Shown here piece by piece: positions 1 through 10,319 of a stretch of 64,000 bases of DNA. Numbering within the stretch: the stretch's first letter is position 1; every line of letters begins with the position of its first letter. Source of the stretch: an uncultured Spirochaetaceae bacterium (GTDB lineage Bacteria > Spirochaetota > Spirochaetia > DSM-27196 > PWMO01); the NCBI GenBank assembly GCA_964654185.1, contig CAZZIE010000006.1:2556-66555 (forward strand), in the 5' to 3' direction. Below the pieces are notes generated by a model that worked only from the letters and a program-made list of their open reading frames with translations, was not told the DNA's origin and ran no database searches. Position numbers and translations under genes: made by a program.

Positions 1-864
1 ATTGAGCACTCCCAGGGAGAGGGCCCCTTCTACGACGGTCTCACCTTCCACCGGGTGGAAGAGGACTTCGTGATCCAGGGTGGCGATCCTGCAGGTGACG
101 GGACCGGCGGGCCGGGATACCGGATTCCCACGGAGACGCATGAGTCCCTGCGCCACTCCGGCGCCGGGATCGTGGCAATGGCAAACTCCGGCCCCAATCG
201 CAATGGCAGTCAGTTCTACATTACCCTTCGGGCGACCCCCTGGCTGGACGGGAACTACAGCATCTTCGGTGAGGTCGTCCGCGGGCAGGAAGTGGTGAGC
301 TCGATCGAGCAGGGCGATGTCATCCGGACCGTGAGCATTATTAGACGGGGCGAGGATGCGAAGAGCTTTGCCGCGGACCAGGAGAGCTTCGACGCTCTTC
401 TAGCGGAGCGGCAGGACGAAATCGCCCGGGAGCAAGAGCAGGCGCTGGCGAGCCAGGAGGCGTACATCGAACGCAACTGGCCCGACGCGACCCGGATGGA
501 GAACGGTATCCGCTACGTGATCGAGCGCGAAGGAAGCGGCGCCAGGCCCGAAATCGGCGACACCGTGGCGGTGCACTACACCGGCTCGCTCCTCACCGGC
601 ATGCCTTTCGAATCGACGCGCAATCAGGACGAGCCCGCCCGTTTCGAGCTCGGCGCGGCGCGAACCATTCCGGGGTGGGAAGCGACCCTGCGGGACATGC
701 GGCCGGGAGAGGAGCGTACCGCCATTGTCCCGCCGGAACTCGCTTTCGGCGATCAGGGCCGACAGGGGGTCATTCCGCCGAACTCCTACCTGGTCTTCGA
801 GGTCGAGCTCATCGCCGTCAATCCAGGCGAGGCTACAGGCTCCGGGGAATCAGACGAAGAGTAA
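1..864 (+). CDS. Dual-family peptidyl-prolyl isomerase (cyclophilin-type N-part fused to FKBP-type C-part), 5' partial
   Basis: Frame 1 is open from base 1. [41 protein letters not shown] is a cyclophilin signature. [41 protein letters not shown] is an FKBP signature. Confidence 0.9.
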   Translation: MEHSQGEGPFYDGLTFHRVEEDFVIQGGDPAGDGTGGPGYRIPTETHESLRHSGAGIVAMANSGPNRNGSQFYITLRATPWLDGNYSIFGEVVRGQEVVSSIEQGDVIRTVSIIRRGEDAKSFAADQESFDALLAERQDEIAREQEQALASQEAYIERNWPDATRMENGIRYVIEREGSGARPEIGDTVAVHYTGSLLTGMPFESTRNQDEPARFELGAARTIPGWEATLRDMRPGEERTAIVPPELAFGDQGRQGVIPPNSYLVFEVELIAVNPGEATGSGESDEE

Positions 865-3800
865 CGATCTCGAAGGGCCCGATCCGCAGCGACACCTCCC
901 GGGAGTCCTCAGCCTGGGGCTCCCCCTCGCCGGCGGATGACGCGGGCGCCGCGGATGACTCCGCTACCGCGGCTTTGTCAGGTACCGCGCCCTTGTCAGG
1001 CGCCGCAGTCTTGTCAGGCGCCGTGGACGGCGCCGGTGCCGGGTCTTCCAGCAGGTTGGTGCGCTCCACGGTCTTCAACGGGAAGGCCGTGCGAAGCGTG
1101 ACCGATGCCGGCGCGCCTTCGGTCTCGAAGAGTCGCACCACAACGCCACGACCGTCCTCGGCGGGCTTGATCCAATCCAGTTGCACCTGATCCTCATCCA
1201 CTGCCGCCAGGGCGGCGCCCTCCGTCGGTCCCGGCACCTCTCCGCTTCCGTTCCTGCGCGAGGAGCCCGAGGCGGGTGCGCGCCAGCGGCCGCGCACCAC
1301 CGGCGGTGCCGCGAGCTCGGCGACTTCCCTCATTACGGCAGGTGCGGAGAAGGATTCCGGGGTGGCCAGGAAGGCGTAGGTGAACTCGTGAACGCCGTTG
1401 TCTGCGGTCTCGTCGGGGGCGGTCGGCGCGGTGAGGAGAGAGAGGCGGATGCGCCCGTCCAGGACGTCGTAGCCGTACTTCTCTCCCGATAGGACGGCAA
1501 CGCAGCGGCGCGCGTCGGTGAGGGCGGTGTATCCGTGGGCGGGAACCTCGAACATGGCGGAGTCCGCCTCGCGGTTGCGATGTGCCGGCCGATCAACCCA
1601 GCCGTACTGAATGCCGCTCCGCGCCGTCGGCGGTCGCGCCGTCGTGGGGAAGGACGCCTTGAGCAGGGTGTGCCGCTCCCGCCAGTCGACACGCGTGCGA
1701 AACTCGATCCGCCGGGTGTGGGCGTAGAAGATCGTGTCCTGCTCAACCCGGGACGCCTCCCCAAGCGAGAGAACCCGCCGGAAGACCGCCGCGACCGGTC
1801 CGACGGAGACCGTCTCCAGGCGCTCGGCCGCCGTAACGGGACGAAGCGTGAGCTCGTAGTCCCGATCGATGTCCCAGGCGTCCCAGCTCACCGGAAGATC
1901 CCGGGCCGCCACGAGGGTATTCAAAGCTTCGCCGGGCAGGACAAGCTCCGTGCCGGTATCGTGATCCACAAGGGAGGCAATGGCCCCGGCCCCGTCGAAG
2001 AGCACCGTGTAGAAGGGAGTCGTGACGCGGTTGCCGTCCAGGGCGAAGGGCCCCGGCGTCGTGCCGGCGCCGGCGGTGTCGCGCGGAGCCGCCGCGTCCC
2101 GGGCGCGCGCGGCGTCGCGAAGGGGCGTCACCGAGGCGGCAGGCAGCCGGACACGGGTCAGCACGACGGGAGTACCGTCGAATTGGGTGACGGTCTGGGC
2201 GGCGTCGCCGCCGGCTTCGGCCTCTTCCGGGGAGAGACGCAGCACACTCGTCCGATCCCGGCCGAAGTGGTTCACCACAACCGCCTCGCGCCTGCCATCA
2301 TCATCGTCCACTGAAGAAAAGGATGTTGATGACGATGATGAAGGGCCGTCGAGGTAGGCCGCGGCCTGCGCTTCCGCCGCTTCGACCACCGCGTCGAGGA
2401 CGGTTCGCGCTTCGCGATTGACTCGCTCGATCGAGGAACCCGGGAGGATGTCGTGGAACTGGTGCGTCAGAAGCTGCTTCCAGAGCTCGTCGCGCTGGGC
2501 GCGGCGGTGCGCTTCCACCGCGACGGGGTCGGGGACCTCCGCGCTTCCTGCATGTGCGCGGTTCGCGGTCGTTTCGACGAGTTCCCGGGCCGCAAGGAAC
2601 TCCAGGCGCCGAAGCGCCTCCTCGGCGGCGTGGTTGAGACGTTTCAAGGCGCCTTGAGAGGTGTAGGTGCCGCGGTGGAACTCGAGGTAGAGCTCACCGC
2701 GCCACCGGGGGAGGGTGTGCGCGGTGGCGAAGACCTCCGGAAGCGCCTCGCCGACGCGACGCCAGGTCATGCGCGGAGTTCCGTGAAGGTCCGTGATGCG
2801 TCGGGCGAGTTCGAGGTCTTCCCGGCGCGGTCCGCCGCCGCCGTCTCCCTCTCCGATCGGCTTGATGAAGGAGCGCTGCACGTACTTGTGGCGCACGCGC
2901 CGCCAGGAGAGGGCGTTGTCCGCCGGTGTGGCCACGCCGTTGTAGCCCATTGCAGCGTCCGGAATGAACGACGTCGGCACGGCGGTGCCGTCGATCCCTT
3001 CCCAGAGGAAGAGGTCGTAGGGGAAGCGGGTGGTATCGTTCCAGTTGATCTTGCTGGTAACGAAGTACCGCATGCCGCAGCCGGCCATTATCTGAGGCAG
3101 ATTGCCCGGATACCCGAAGACGTCGGGAAGCCAGGTGACCGTGCCCTCGTAGCCCAGGAGGTCGCGGCTGGTGCGGCGCCCGTAGAGGAACTGACGGATC
3201 AGTGACTCGCCGGCGGGGAGGTTGCAGTCCGCTTCCACGTACATCCCCCCGTTGGGCTCCCACTGCCCGCGCCGGTACGCCTTCTCCACGTCTGCGAAGA
3301 CCTCCGGATACTCGCGCTTCACGATCTCGAGCTGCGCCGGCATGGACTGAATGAAGCGGAACTCCCGGTAGCTCTCCGCAAGGCGGCACGCCGTGGAGAA
3401 GGTGCGGGCAAGCTTGCGGGTCGTCTCCTCGATGGGCCAGAGCCAGGCGTGATCCATATGGGCGTGGCCGACGGCGTAGATGTCCGGCACCGTATGCGGG
3501 TTCACCTCCTCCAGAAGAGGCCGCACGGCGTCCCGGAACGCTTCGGCCTGGCCGGAGAGGATCTCGTCGGACGCGTCGGGATCGAGGAGGTGCACCGCCT
3601 CCGCGAGATTGCGGATCACGTCGTGGCGCCTGAGACTGTCGTCGGGAAGCTCCAGGGCGGTCTCGAAGAGCGCCTGGAGGTCGAAGAGCGCCTGATCGAG
3701 CGGCTCGTTCAGCGCCACAAGTCGACCCGTCTCGAACCAGATCGGGTAGCGAGAGCGCTCCTGCAGCACATGAGGCAGGACGAAGTCACCGTGGAAGGGG

Positions 3801-4207
3801 TGCACTCCAGGATAGTGGTGCCCGCCGTACGCCTCCACGTGAATATCGACAACCCCGCCGGTGGCGACGTCGCGCCCGATCGGGTAGAGCTGATGGCGGT
3901 CGTTGAAGGCGCCCCGGGGTGTGCCGTCCAGGAAGAGCAGGCTGTCGGAGTGAGCTACGACCTCCAGGAAGAGGGGCCGCGATTCCTCCGGGATCGTTGC
4001 CACTGCGTGGAACCAGAAACACTTCCAGGCCGCGCCGTAGGGGGCCGGCGGCGTGAAGGCGTGGTAGGTTGCATCCCGGGGCGGGGCGCGATGGACCGTG
4101 TCGGTCTCGGCCATCTCCCAGGTGAGATCCTCGACGAGGGTGAATCTGCGCCCATCCAGAACGCGCAGAACCTGGCGAATGCGATTCTCGGCCTTGGGGT
4201 TGAGCAT
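833..4207 (-). CDS. GH38 alpha-mannosidase with a low-complexity C-terminal tail
   Basis: 1124-aa ORF with an ATG start. GH38 motifs [11 protein letters not shown] and WLPDVFGY are present. The 3' end overlaps the convergent PPIase by 32 nt. Confidence 0.9.
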   Translation of the reverse strand: MLNPKAENRIRQVLRVLDGRRFTLVEDLTWEMAETDTVHRAPPRDATYHAFTPPAPYGAAWKCFWFHAVATIPEESRPLFLEVVAHSDSLLFLDGTPRGAFNDRHQLYPIGRDVATGGVVDIHVEAYGGHHYPGVHPFHGDFVLPHVLQERSRYPIWFETGRLVALNEPLDQALFDLQALFETALELPDDSLRRHDVIRNLAEAVHLLDPDASDEILSGQAEAFRDAVRPLLEEVNPHTVPDIYAVGHAHMDHAWLWPIEETTRKLARTFSTACRLAESYREFRFIQSMPAQLEIVKREYPEVFADVEKAYRRGQWEPNGGMYVEADCNLPAGESLIRQFLYGRRTSRDLLGYEGTVTWLPDVFGYPGNLPQIMAGCGMRYFVTSKINWNDTTRFPYDLFLWEGIDGTAVPTSFIPDAAMGYNGVATPADNALSWRRVRHKYVQRSFIKPIGEGDGGGGPRREDLELARRITDLHGTPRMTWRRVGEALPEVFATAHTLPRWRGELYLEFHRGTYTSQGALKRLNHAAEEALRRLEFLAARELVETTANRAHAGSAEVPDPVAVEAHRRAQRDELWKQLLTHQFHDILPGSSIERVNREARTVLDAVVEAAEAQAAAYLDGPSSSSSTSFSSVDDDDGRREAVVVNHFGRDRTSVLRLSPEEAEAGGDAAQTVTQFDGTPVVLTRVRLPAASVTPLRDAARARDAAAPRDTAGAGTTPGPFALDGNRVTTPFYTVLFDGAGAIASLVDHDTGTELVLPGEALNTLVAARDLPVSWDAWDIDRDYELTLRPVTAAERLETVSVGPVAAVFRRVLSLGEASRVEQDTIFYAHTRRIEFRTRVDWRERHTLLKASFPTTARPPTARSGIQYGWVDRPAHRNREADSAMFEVPAHGYTALTDARRCVAVLSGEKYGYDVLDGRIRLSLLTAPTAPDETADNGVHEFTYAFLATPESFSAPAVMREVAELAAPPVVRGRWRAPASGSSRRNGSGEVPGPTEGAALAAVDEDQVQLDWIKPAEDGRGVVVRLFETEGAPASVTLRTAFPLKTVERTNLLEDPAPAPSTAPDKTAAPDKGAVPDKAAVAESSAAPASSAGEGEPQAEDSREVSLRIGPFEIVTLRLIPRSL
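969..1024. repeat. In-frame 18-bp x3 tandem repeat inside the GH38 tail
   Basis: ttgtcagg recurs at 975, 993 and 1011 with an 18-bp period. It encodes the APDK-type hexapeptide repeat. Confidence 0.7.
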
Positions 4208-4222
4208 CTGCTTCCTGGGGCG

Positions 4223-6454
4223 CTACCGGGTGTTGTCGAGCTCCTCGTAGGCAGCGCGAAGGTCCTCCAGCTGCCCCAGGAGCTCCTTCGATTGCGCTTC
4301 AATGCCGGCGGCGACATCGCGGGTGCCTGAGGCGGTCTTCAGGCGCACCAGCTCGATTCGCACGTTCTTGAGCATGTTGAGCCCGGAGTTGATCCGAAGG
4401 GCGATCATCTCCCGCTCCGACATGAGCGCTTCTATCGATTTCTTCTGCTTCTCCAGCTCGCGGATGCTCTCGTCGTACTGGTTCTGAAGGCGGCGATCCT
4501 CCGTGGAGCCGCGCTTGCGCTCCAGGTCCGCAAGCTCCCGGCCCACCTGGCCAAGAGAGTGCGCATGCAGTACATCATCGAGCTCTTCAGCGCGCTGGGT
4601 GAGGGCGCGCACCTGTTCCACGTAGCTGGTCAGGAGCTTCTCGAAGTCCTCACCGAGAACATCGGAACGCTGTCCGAGCTCCTCCATCTGCCCCAGCATC
4701 CCCTCCTGGAGCTCCTCCGCCTGCTCTACCGGCGATGCGTCGGGATTGATGGCGGTCGCGCGCGGTGCGGGCGTCCGGGCGGTGATCTGTGCCAGCTCCC
4801 CGTTGAGCTTGCGCTCCTTCGACTTGAACGCCGGCAGGTGGGAGAGCACCCCGATCGCCATGCCGCCGACGGGAAACACGAACCACGGAAACCCCGGGGA
4901 CACCATCATGTTGAGGGCGAAGAGAAAGATCGATGTGGCGCCGTTCGAGATGAGGTGCGACTGAAAGGAGTTGCGCGCCCGGGTAAGCCGCCGAAAGATG
5001 CGCAGCTTCTCCCGGGTCGGATTGCGCATCTTGCCGAGCTCGCGCACCTCGCGGCGGCGCTGCCGCACCTGCGCCCAGTGACTGGCAAGGCCTATGCCCC
5101 AGCCCAGGGCGGGAATGGCGAGCCAGGGCATTGCCCCGGTCAGAATGCCGATCGTGATGAGCATACCGTTGACGCCGACATAGCTGATGAAATGGCCCCG
5201 GAAGCCGTTTCTGACCTGATCGAGAGACTTCTCGGTCTGCTCGCGATAGCTCTTCACGACGGGATCGCGGGTCGGTGCCGTGGAGCCGGAAAATCGACGT
5301 GAGAGGACCTGGTCCCAGGCGGACTCGATCTCCCGGTCCTCCCTCTCGTCACCGACGCCGCGACGGGTCGGCACCATTGCCTCATCCGCCGCGGATCTCC
5401 GCCGGCGCGCCAGGGAGTCGTCCATGCGCCCGCGGCCACCCGGCCGGTCGTAGCCGTAGTCGTCGCGGTCGTCTGCGTCGCGGTCGCCTGCGCGGGGGCG
5501 GCCCCTCATGTCCGGGCCGGGGCGGCCGCGCATGTCCGCCCGGGCATCCGACCGGCCGCGGGCGAGGAAGCCGGAGGCCGCCAGATTGTACAGGGCGCGC
5601 CGCTCACCCGGAGAGCGCACATCCAGGGCGTCGTACGCCTCCGCCAGCGTGAGGCGGCGTCCCCGCCGCTTCATCTCCCGGAGAAGGCGCGTCTTGATGT
5701 CGGAGCTCTCCGGCGTCTCTTCGCGCCCGGCGCCGGATCGGCCCGCATCCGCCGATCGAGCGCCGGGGCCGGTCGCTCCCGTCGCGTCGCCCCTGGGGCC
5801 GCCCGCGGTACGCCCGGGGCCGCCGCTGGGGCCGCCGCTGGGGCCGCCGCTGGGGCCGTCGGCATTATGCCCGGGGCCGTCGGCGGTATGCTCGGGGCCG
5901 CCCGCTGTACGCCCGGGGCCGCCGCTGGGGCCGCCGCCGGTGCGAGGTCCGTCGGCCCGGTCCGGGGGCAGGGTGTACCACTCCATGCCGCCACTCGGGG
6001 TGTCACCCCGGATCCAGCGGTCGTCCAGGGACACATCCTTTGCCACCGCGCCGGTCAGGGAGACGCCGCCGGGCCTGGTTACGCCGCGGAGCTCCAGGAC
6101 GGTTGCCAGCGATTCGCCGTAGTAGTTGCCCTCGCGCTCGGCGACCTCGCCCTGATGGATCGCCACCCTGGGCATCATGGGGAGCGCCTCCGGGGCGACG
6201 CTGCGACGCTGCATGCCACGCTGGACCTCCTGGGCGGCTTTGACCGCCTCCCCGGGATCGTCGAAGCGAATGAGGAAGGTGTCGCCCGTGTTCGAAAGGA
6301 TCTCGCCGTGGTATTCTCGGGCCAGCCGCTTGAGCAGCCCGGTGTAGAAATCAAGCTCCTCGAGGGCGCGCATCTCGTGCGTCTCGAGCAGGTGTGAGAA
6401 GTCGACAATGTCGGTGGAAAGAAGCGTCGAAACGCCGCCCGCGGTCTCGGCCAT
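4223..6454 (-). CDS. Class III adenylate/guanylate cyclase-like domain, disordered Gly/Pro repeat region, two 2TM-type hairpins and a C-terminal coiled coil
   Basis: LLSTDIVDFSHL..NTGDTFLIRF..AIHQGEV..YYGESL is cyclase-like. Two hydrophobic hairpins follow (FRGHFISYVGVNGMLITIG.. and FQSHLISNGATSIFLF..), then heptad-rich C-terminal sequence. I prefer the ATG at 6454 (MAETAGG) over the ORF-track start at 6616. Confidence 0.75.
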   Translation of the reverse strand: MAETAGGVSTLLSTDIVDFSHLLETHEMRALEELDFYTGLLKRLAREYHGEILSNTGDTFLIRFDDPGEAVKAAQEVQRGMQRRSVAPEALPMMPRVAIHQGEVAEREGNYYGESLATVLELRGVTRPGGVSLTGAVAKDVSLDDRWIRGDTPSGGMEWYTLPPDRADGPRTGGGPSGGPGRTAGGPEHTADGPGHNADGPSGGPSGGPSGGPGRTAGGPRGDATGATGPGARSADAGRSGAGREETPESSDIKTRLLREMKRRGRRLTLAEAYDALDVRSPGERRALYNLAASGFLARGRSDARADMRGRPGPDMRGRPRAGDRDADDRDDYGYDRPGGRGRMDDSLARRRRSAADEAMVPTRRGVGDEREDREIESAWDQVLSRRFSGSTAPTRDPVVKSYREQTEKSLDQVRNGFRGHFISYVGVNGMLITIGILTGAMPWLAIPALGWGIGLASHWAQVRQRRREVRELGKMRNPTREKLRIFRRLTRARNSFQSHLISNGATSIFLFALNMMVSPGFPWFVFPVGGMAIGVLSHLPAFKSKERKLNGELAQITARTPAPRATAINPDASPVEQAEELQEGMLGQMEELGQRSDVLGEDFEKLLTSYVEQVRALTQRAEELDDVLHAHSLGQVGRELADLERKRGSTEDRRLQNQYDESIRELEKQKKSIEALMSEREMIALRINSGLNMLKNVRIELVRLKTASGTRDVAAGIEAQSKELLGQLEDLRAAYEELDNTR
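5794..5945. repeat. Complex in-frame tandem repeat (12-bp units nested in a ~100-bp duplication)
   Basis: ggggccgccgct occurs x3 at 5816-5851. A ~44-bp block at 5794-5837 is repeated at 5894-5937. The region encodes GGPSGGPS/GRTAGGP. Confidence 0.8.
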
Positions 6455-6471
6455 GGCGCTCCCACAATACG

Positions 6472-6485
6472 TTTGCCGTGGCAAA
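6472..6485. promoter_or_regulatory. Palindrome TTTGCC-N2-GGCAAA in the cyclase/radA divergent gap
   Basis: Perfect 6+6 inverted repeat about 18 nt upstream of the preferred cyclase start. Its function is unknown. Confidence 0.2.
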
Positions 6486-6634
6486 GCGTCAAGCAAGCCC
6501 GGCCGCGCCACCGCCGCCGGGAGGAAGCGTCCGCACCGGGCGAGATCGCCGCGGCGGGCAGCGTTTGGCCCCTGAAGCAGTGGGCCGGCGGCTGAAGTAA
6601 GCGGTTGTGAGAACACCCGGAATTGCGAGAGGTC

Positions 6635-8044
6635 ATGAAGAAGCGCGACCGGACAGTCTTCGAGTGCAGCGAGTGCGGACGCACCGAAGCCAAGTGGCTC
6701 GGCAAGTGCCCCTCCTGCGGCGCCTGGAACAGCTTCCTGGAGATTCCCGCCGGCTTCGGCGCGGGCTCGTCCGGCTCATCCACAGCCGGCGCTTCAGCTG
6801 CAGCGCAGGGCCGGGGCGGCGGTGCTCACTCCCCCATTACCCTTTCTGAGATCGATGTCGACGCGGTGCCGCAAGGCCCGACGGGAATCCGGGAGCTCGA
6901 CCGCGTCCTGGGAGGGGGAATCACGCCGGGCGGTTCGGTGCTTCTGGGCGGCCCACCGGGAATCGGCAAGTCCACCCTCATGCTGCAACTCGCCGCGCGG
7001 GCGGAGAAGCCGACTCTCTACGTCACCGCCGAAGAGCCGTTGCACCAGGTCGGGCGTCGGGCGCGGCGGCTGGGAGCATCCTCCGAGCAGGTCGACATCC
7101 TCAGCACGACGCAGCTCGAGGAGGTCCTGGATGCGGTCGCCCGGAAGGCACCGGAGATCCTGATCGTCGACTCCATTCAGACCCTCTACACCCGGGAGGC
7201 CGGGACGGTTCCCGGACTTGCCGCGCAGGTGCGCAGCTGCTCTTTCGCCCTCCTGGAGTGGGGCCGGGAGCAGGGTGCGAGTGTGTTTCTCATTGCCCAC
7301 GTCACCAAGGAGGGCTCCATTGCCGGGCCCAAACTCCTGGAGCACATGGTGGACACGGTCCTCTACTTCGAGGAGACCGAGGGAACCCTTCGAGTCGTCC
7401 GGGCGGCGAAGAACCGCTTCGGCCCGACCGACGAGGTCGCCCTCTTCCGGATGGCGGAGAAGGGGCTCGCCGAGGTTGCCGATCCCGGTGGTGCGTTCAT
7501 GACTACCCGGAGCAGCGTACCCCCCGGCGTAGCGGTCGCCCCGGTCTTCGAGGGATCGCGGGTGTTCCTGGTGGAGGTGCAGGCCCTCACCGTCGCCGCC
7601 AAGAGCGGGGTATCCCGCACCTACTCCGACCGGGTGGACTCCGGCCGGGTGTCGCGGGTCGCCGCGGTGCTGGAGAAGCACCTGGGCCTCAGCTTCTCGG
7701 ACCAGGACCTCTACGTGAACATTGCCGGAGGGTTGAAGGTGCGGGAGGTCGGGATCGAGCTCCCCCTGGCCATGGCGCTCTATTCGGCCCGGACCGGTGT
7801 TCCCCTGCCGGCGGGCACCGCAATCATCGGCGAAGTGAGCCTGGCGGGAGAGGTTCGTCCGGTGGGTCACACCCGCGGCCGCGCCAAGGCCGCCCGCGAC
7901 CTCGGCTACGAGAACGTCATTGCGCCCCCCGCCGGGTACGGCGAGGAGGATGCCGAGGTGAGCTGGCACACGGTGGAAACGGTAAGCGACGCGGTGCGTC
8001 GCGTCTTCGGATCGGGCGGCGGCGACGGCGGACGACGCGATTGA
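6635..8044 (+). CDS. radA: DNA repair protein RadA/Sms
   Basis: Zinc ribbon CSECG..CPSCGAWNSF, Walker A GGPPGIGKST, a KNRFG motif and a Lon-like C-terminus. ATG at 6635 is preceded by GAGAGG; the track start at 6623 is TTG. Confidence 0.93.
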   Translation: MKKRDRTVFECSECGRTEAKWLGKCPSCGAWNSFLEIPAGFGAGSSGSSTAGASAAAQGRGGGAHSPITLSEIDVDAVPQGPTGIRELDRVLGGGITPGGSVLLGGPPGIGKSTLMLQLAARAEKPTLYVTAEEPLHQVGRRARRLGASSEQVDILSTTQLEEVLDAVARKAPEILIVDSIQTLYTREAGTVPGLAAQVRSCSFALLEWGREQGASVFLIAHVTKEGSIAGPKLLEHMVDTVLYFEETEGTLRVVRAAKNRFGPTDEVALFRMAEKGLAEVADPGGAFMTTRSSVPPGVAVAPVFEGSRVFLVEVQALTVAAKSGVSRTYSDRVDSGRVSRVAAVLEKHLGLSFSDQDLYVNIAGGLKVREVGIELPLAMALYSARTGVPLPAGTAIIGEVSLAGEVRPVGHTRGRAKAARDLGYENVIAPPAGYGEEDAEVSWHTVETVSDAVRRVFGSGGGDGGRRD

Positions 8045-8074
8045 ACCGAAGAGTAGCGCGCGCCGGTGGCCGCA

Positions 8075-8104
8075 GCGGTTGGGCGCCGCGGTTGGGCGCC
8101 GCGG
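8075..8104. repeat. 13-bp x2 tandem repeat between convergent radA and traB-like genes
   Basis: gcggttgggcgcc appears twice consecutively. Confidence 0.6.
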
Positions 8105-8170
8105 AGAGGTGCGCCGGCGGCGGAATAGTGTCGACGGCGCCGGGGCTCCCGCCGGCCGCCGCGGCCCGCG

Positions 8171-9346
8171 CTACCCCACCCCGGGAAAGAGCAGCGGGAA
8201 GGCAATGAATGTGCCGATGGCGCTTCCCAGGCTCGAGAGGAAGAAGACCAGCAGAATACGGGTGACGCGGTTCCGGTAGAAGCCCCGCAGCGAAACGATG
8301 TCGTCCTGCAGTGACTCCAGGTCGCTGACCCGGGGTTTGCGGACAACCGCCTCGATCAGCCCGGACACCAGGCCCACCCCGACGGTGGGGTTCATGGAGG
8401 TGAAGGGCGCCGCCAGAAACGAGAGGACAATGGTGAGGGGATGCGCCAGCGCCGCAGCGGCGCCGATTGCGGAGAGTGTCCCGTTCACCAGAATCCAGCG
8501 ATAGAGGCGCTCCAACCCTCCCTGCCAGCCGGCATCGATGAAACCCCAGGCAATCAGACCGGCCACCGCTGCGGGAATGAGCCACGGGATGATCCGACCG
8601 ATGAGGCGCTTCGGCGGAACCTGATCGATATCTTCCAGGGAGGTGGGCGCCTCGCCCGCCTCGAGACGCGTGAGCCACTCCTTGATCCCCGGAACGTGCC
8701 CCGCGCCCACAACGGCGACGACTCGACTTCCCTCGCTCTCGTAGATCTTCGTCGCCAGGTAGCGATCGCGCTCGTCGATCAGCACCTCCTTCGCGGAGGG
8801 CAGGTACGCCGCGAGCTCTTCGAGCATGGCTTCGAGTGCGTTCTGCTCCTTGAGCTCCTCGATCTCATCCGAGGTGAGCTTCTCCTTGGATACCACCGAT
8901 GTCAGGAGCGCGGCGAGCATCTTCATCTTCCCCCAGAAGGAGGAGCGCGCCCAGGCGCGTCGGAGTGTCACCTGGATCTCCCGATCACAGAGGGAGTGCG
9001 CGATGCCGCGTTCCTTGGCGATTTCAATGGCCGCGCGCATCTCCTCCCCGGGCTTGGTGCCGAGGTCGACGCCCATGCGCTTCTGAAAGGACGACAGGGC
9101 GAGATTGCCGAGCAGCAGAAATCCCTGCCGCCTTCGGATGACCTTGTAGACGTCCAGGTTCTTCCAGGAGCTTCCCTCGGCGAGCTGCTTGTACCGGGAC
9201 GCATCGATCTCGACGCAGACGCGGTCGGGCTGGTGTTCGTCGACGGCGGCGCGAACGTCCTCAACGCTCTGTGAGGAGATGTGCGCCGTCCCGACGAGGA
9301 CGATCTCTTTGTTTCCAACGGTTATCGTTTGCCAGGTAGATGTCAT
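8171..9346 (-). CDS. TraB/PrgY (GumN-like) family protein with C-terminal TM segments
   Basis: N-terminus EIVLVGTAHISSQSVEDV is typical of the TraB family. The C-terminal third is hydrophobic. Confidence 0.8.
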   Translation of the reverse strand: MTSTWQTITVGNKEIVLVGTAHISSQSVEDVRAAVDEHQPDRVCVEIDASRYKQLAEGSSWKNLDVYKVIRRRQGFLLLGNLALSSFQKRMGVDLGTKPGEEMRAAIEIAKERGIAHSLCDREIQVTLRRAWARSSFWGKMKMLAALLTSVVSKEKLTSDEIEELKEQNALEAMLEELAAYLPSAKEVLIDERDRYLATKIYESEGSRVVAVVGAGHVPGIKEWLTRLEAGEAPTSLEDIDQVPPKRLIGRIIPWLIPAAVAGLIAWGFIDAGWQGGLERLYRWILVNGTLSAIGAAAALAHPLTIVLSFLAAPFTSMNPTVGVGLVSGLIEAVVRKPRVSDLESLQDDIVSLRGFYRNRVTRILLVFFLSSLGSAIGTFIAFPLLFPGVG

Positions 9347-9362
9347 GATATGCGAGTCCGCC

Positions 9363-10319
9363 TTACTGCAGCCCCATGGCTTCGAGGAAGCGCTTGCGCA
9401 GCCCCTCCTCGCCGGGGTAGAGATCTCGGGGGATGCTGCCTCCCCCCATGTGCACGTGGCCGCCGCCGGCGCCGATGCCCTCCAGAGCCTTGCGAATCAC
9501 CACGTCGGAGGGTCGGCCGTAATCCTCGCTCCTGACTGATATCCGGTACTCCTCCCGCTCAGGCTCCACGACAACGACGAAGTGGATTTCCCGGAGTCCC
9601 AGGAAGAAGTCGGCAATGAGGGCCATCACCTCGGGGGTGGTCTCCTTCTGGATGGGAACGTAACAGAAGTCCTCGGCGACGACGCATTGATTGATTGCCT
9701 CGCGGAAGACGGCGAGGTCGTTCAGGGAGAGGGAGTTCTTGAGCAGGCGGCTGCCGGTCTGCCAGTCTCCGGTGAAGAAGAGCTTCGCGAACGCTTCCAG
9801 ATCGACCGGGGTCACGCCGCGGGTCATGAAGCCGGTATCCATCATGAGGCCCATGAGAAGCGCCGTCGCAGTGGGCCGGTCCATGTCCAGTTTGGCGATC
9901 TTGTAGTACTCGTAGAGGATGGTGCTGCAGGCACCGTAGTGCGGCCGGATATCCCAGTAAGGCGAGTCCGGCTCGGTCGGCGGCTTGTGGTGATCAATGA
10001 CGCCGATCACATCACCGGGCATCCCCTGAATATTCCTGTTGCCGATGAATCCGTCCACCACCACGATCTGCGTGTCGTCGCTCAATCCCAGCTCGGTACA
10101 CGAGGAGATGGGGATCTCGAGAAGCCGGATCGCTTCGGTCAGGGAGTCACTCTGGATCTCACCGCCGTAACAGAGGCGCGCCTCAATGTCGTTTTCTCTG
10201 AGAAGCCCGGCCAGGGCGTAGGCCGAGGCTACCGCATCGTGATCGGGGAAGTCGTGTGCCTGGATGACCAGCGGCCTGTCCGGATCGATATGGGCGATGA
10301 GCTCCTGGATTCCCTTCAT
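9363..10319 (-). CDS. DHH/DHHA1 family phosphoesterase (NrnA-like)
   Basis: Motifs HDFPDHDAVAS, DHH and GGGH are present. The preferred ATG (MKGIQ) forms an ATGA overlap with the upstream TPR gene stop at 10316-10319. Confidence 0.85.
   Translation of the reverse strand: MKGIQELIAHIDPDRPLVIQAHDFPDHDAVASAYALAGLLRENDIEARLCYGGEIQSDSLTEAIRLLEIPISSCTELGLSDDTQIVVVDGFIGNRNIQGMPGDVIGVIDHHKPPTEPDSPYWDIRPHYGACSTILYEYYKIAKLDMDRPTATALLMGLMMDTGFMTRGVTPVDLEAFAKLFFTGDWQTGSRLLKNSLSLNDLAVFREAINQCVVAEDFCYVPIQKETTPEVMALIADFFLGLREIHFVVVVEPEREEYRISVRSEDYGRPSDVVIRKALEGIGAGGGHVHMGGGSIPRDLYPGEEGLRKRFLEAMGLQ

Noticed and set aside
833-864. 32-nt convergent overlap of the PPIase and GH38 3' ends as a possible mis-call or frameshift.
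   Set aside because: Both ORFs end with family-consistent C-termini, and short convergent overlaps are plausible in compact genomes. No evidence of error was found.
6455-6616. N-terminal extensions offered by the ORF track. Examples are the cyclase to 6616, FxsA to 37190, ask from 49694, thrC from 51052, the J-protein from 44751, MATE to 13947, the TPR gene to 11905 and rpmB to 20996.
   Set aside because: The family-typical N-termini begin at internal ATG/GTG codons, often with an SD or a stop-start overlap. The extensions have noise-like composition or run into neighbouring genes or promoters.
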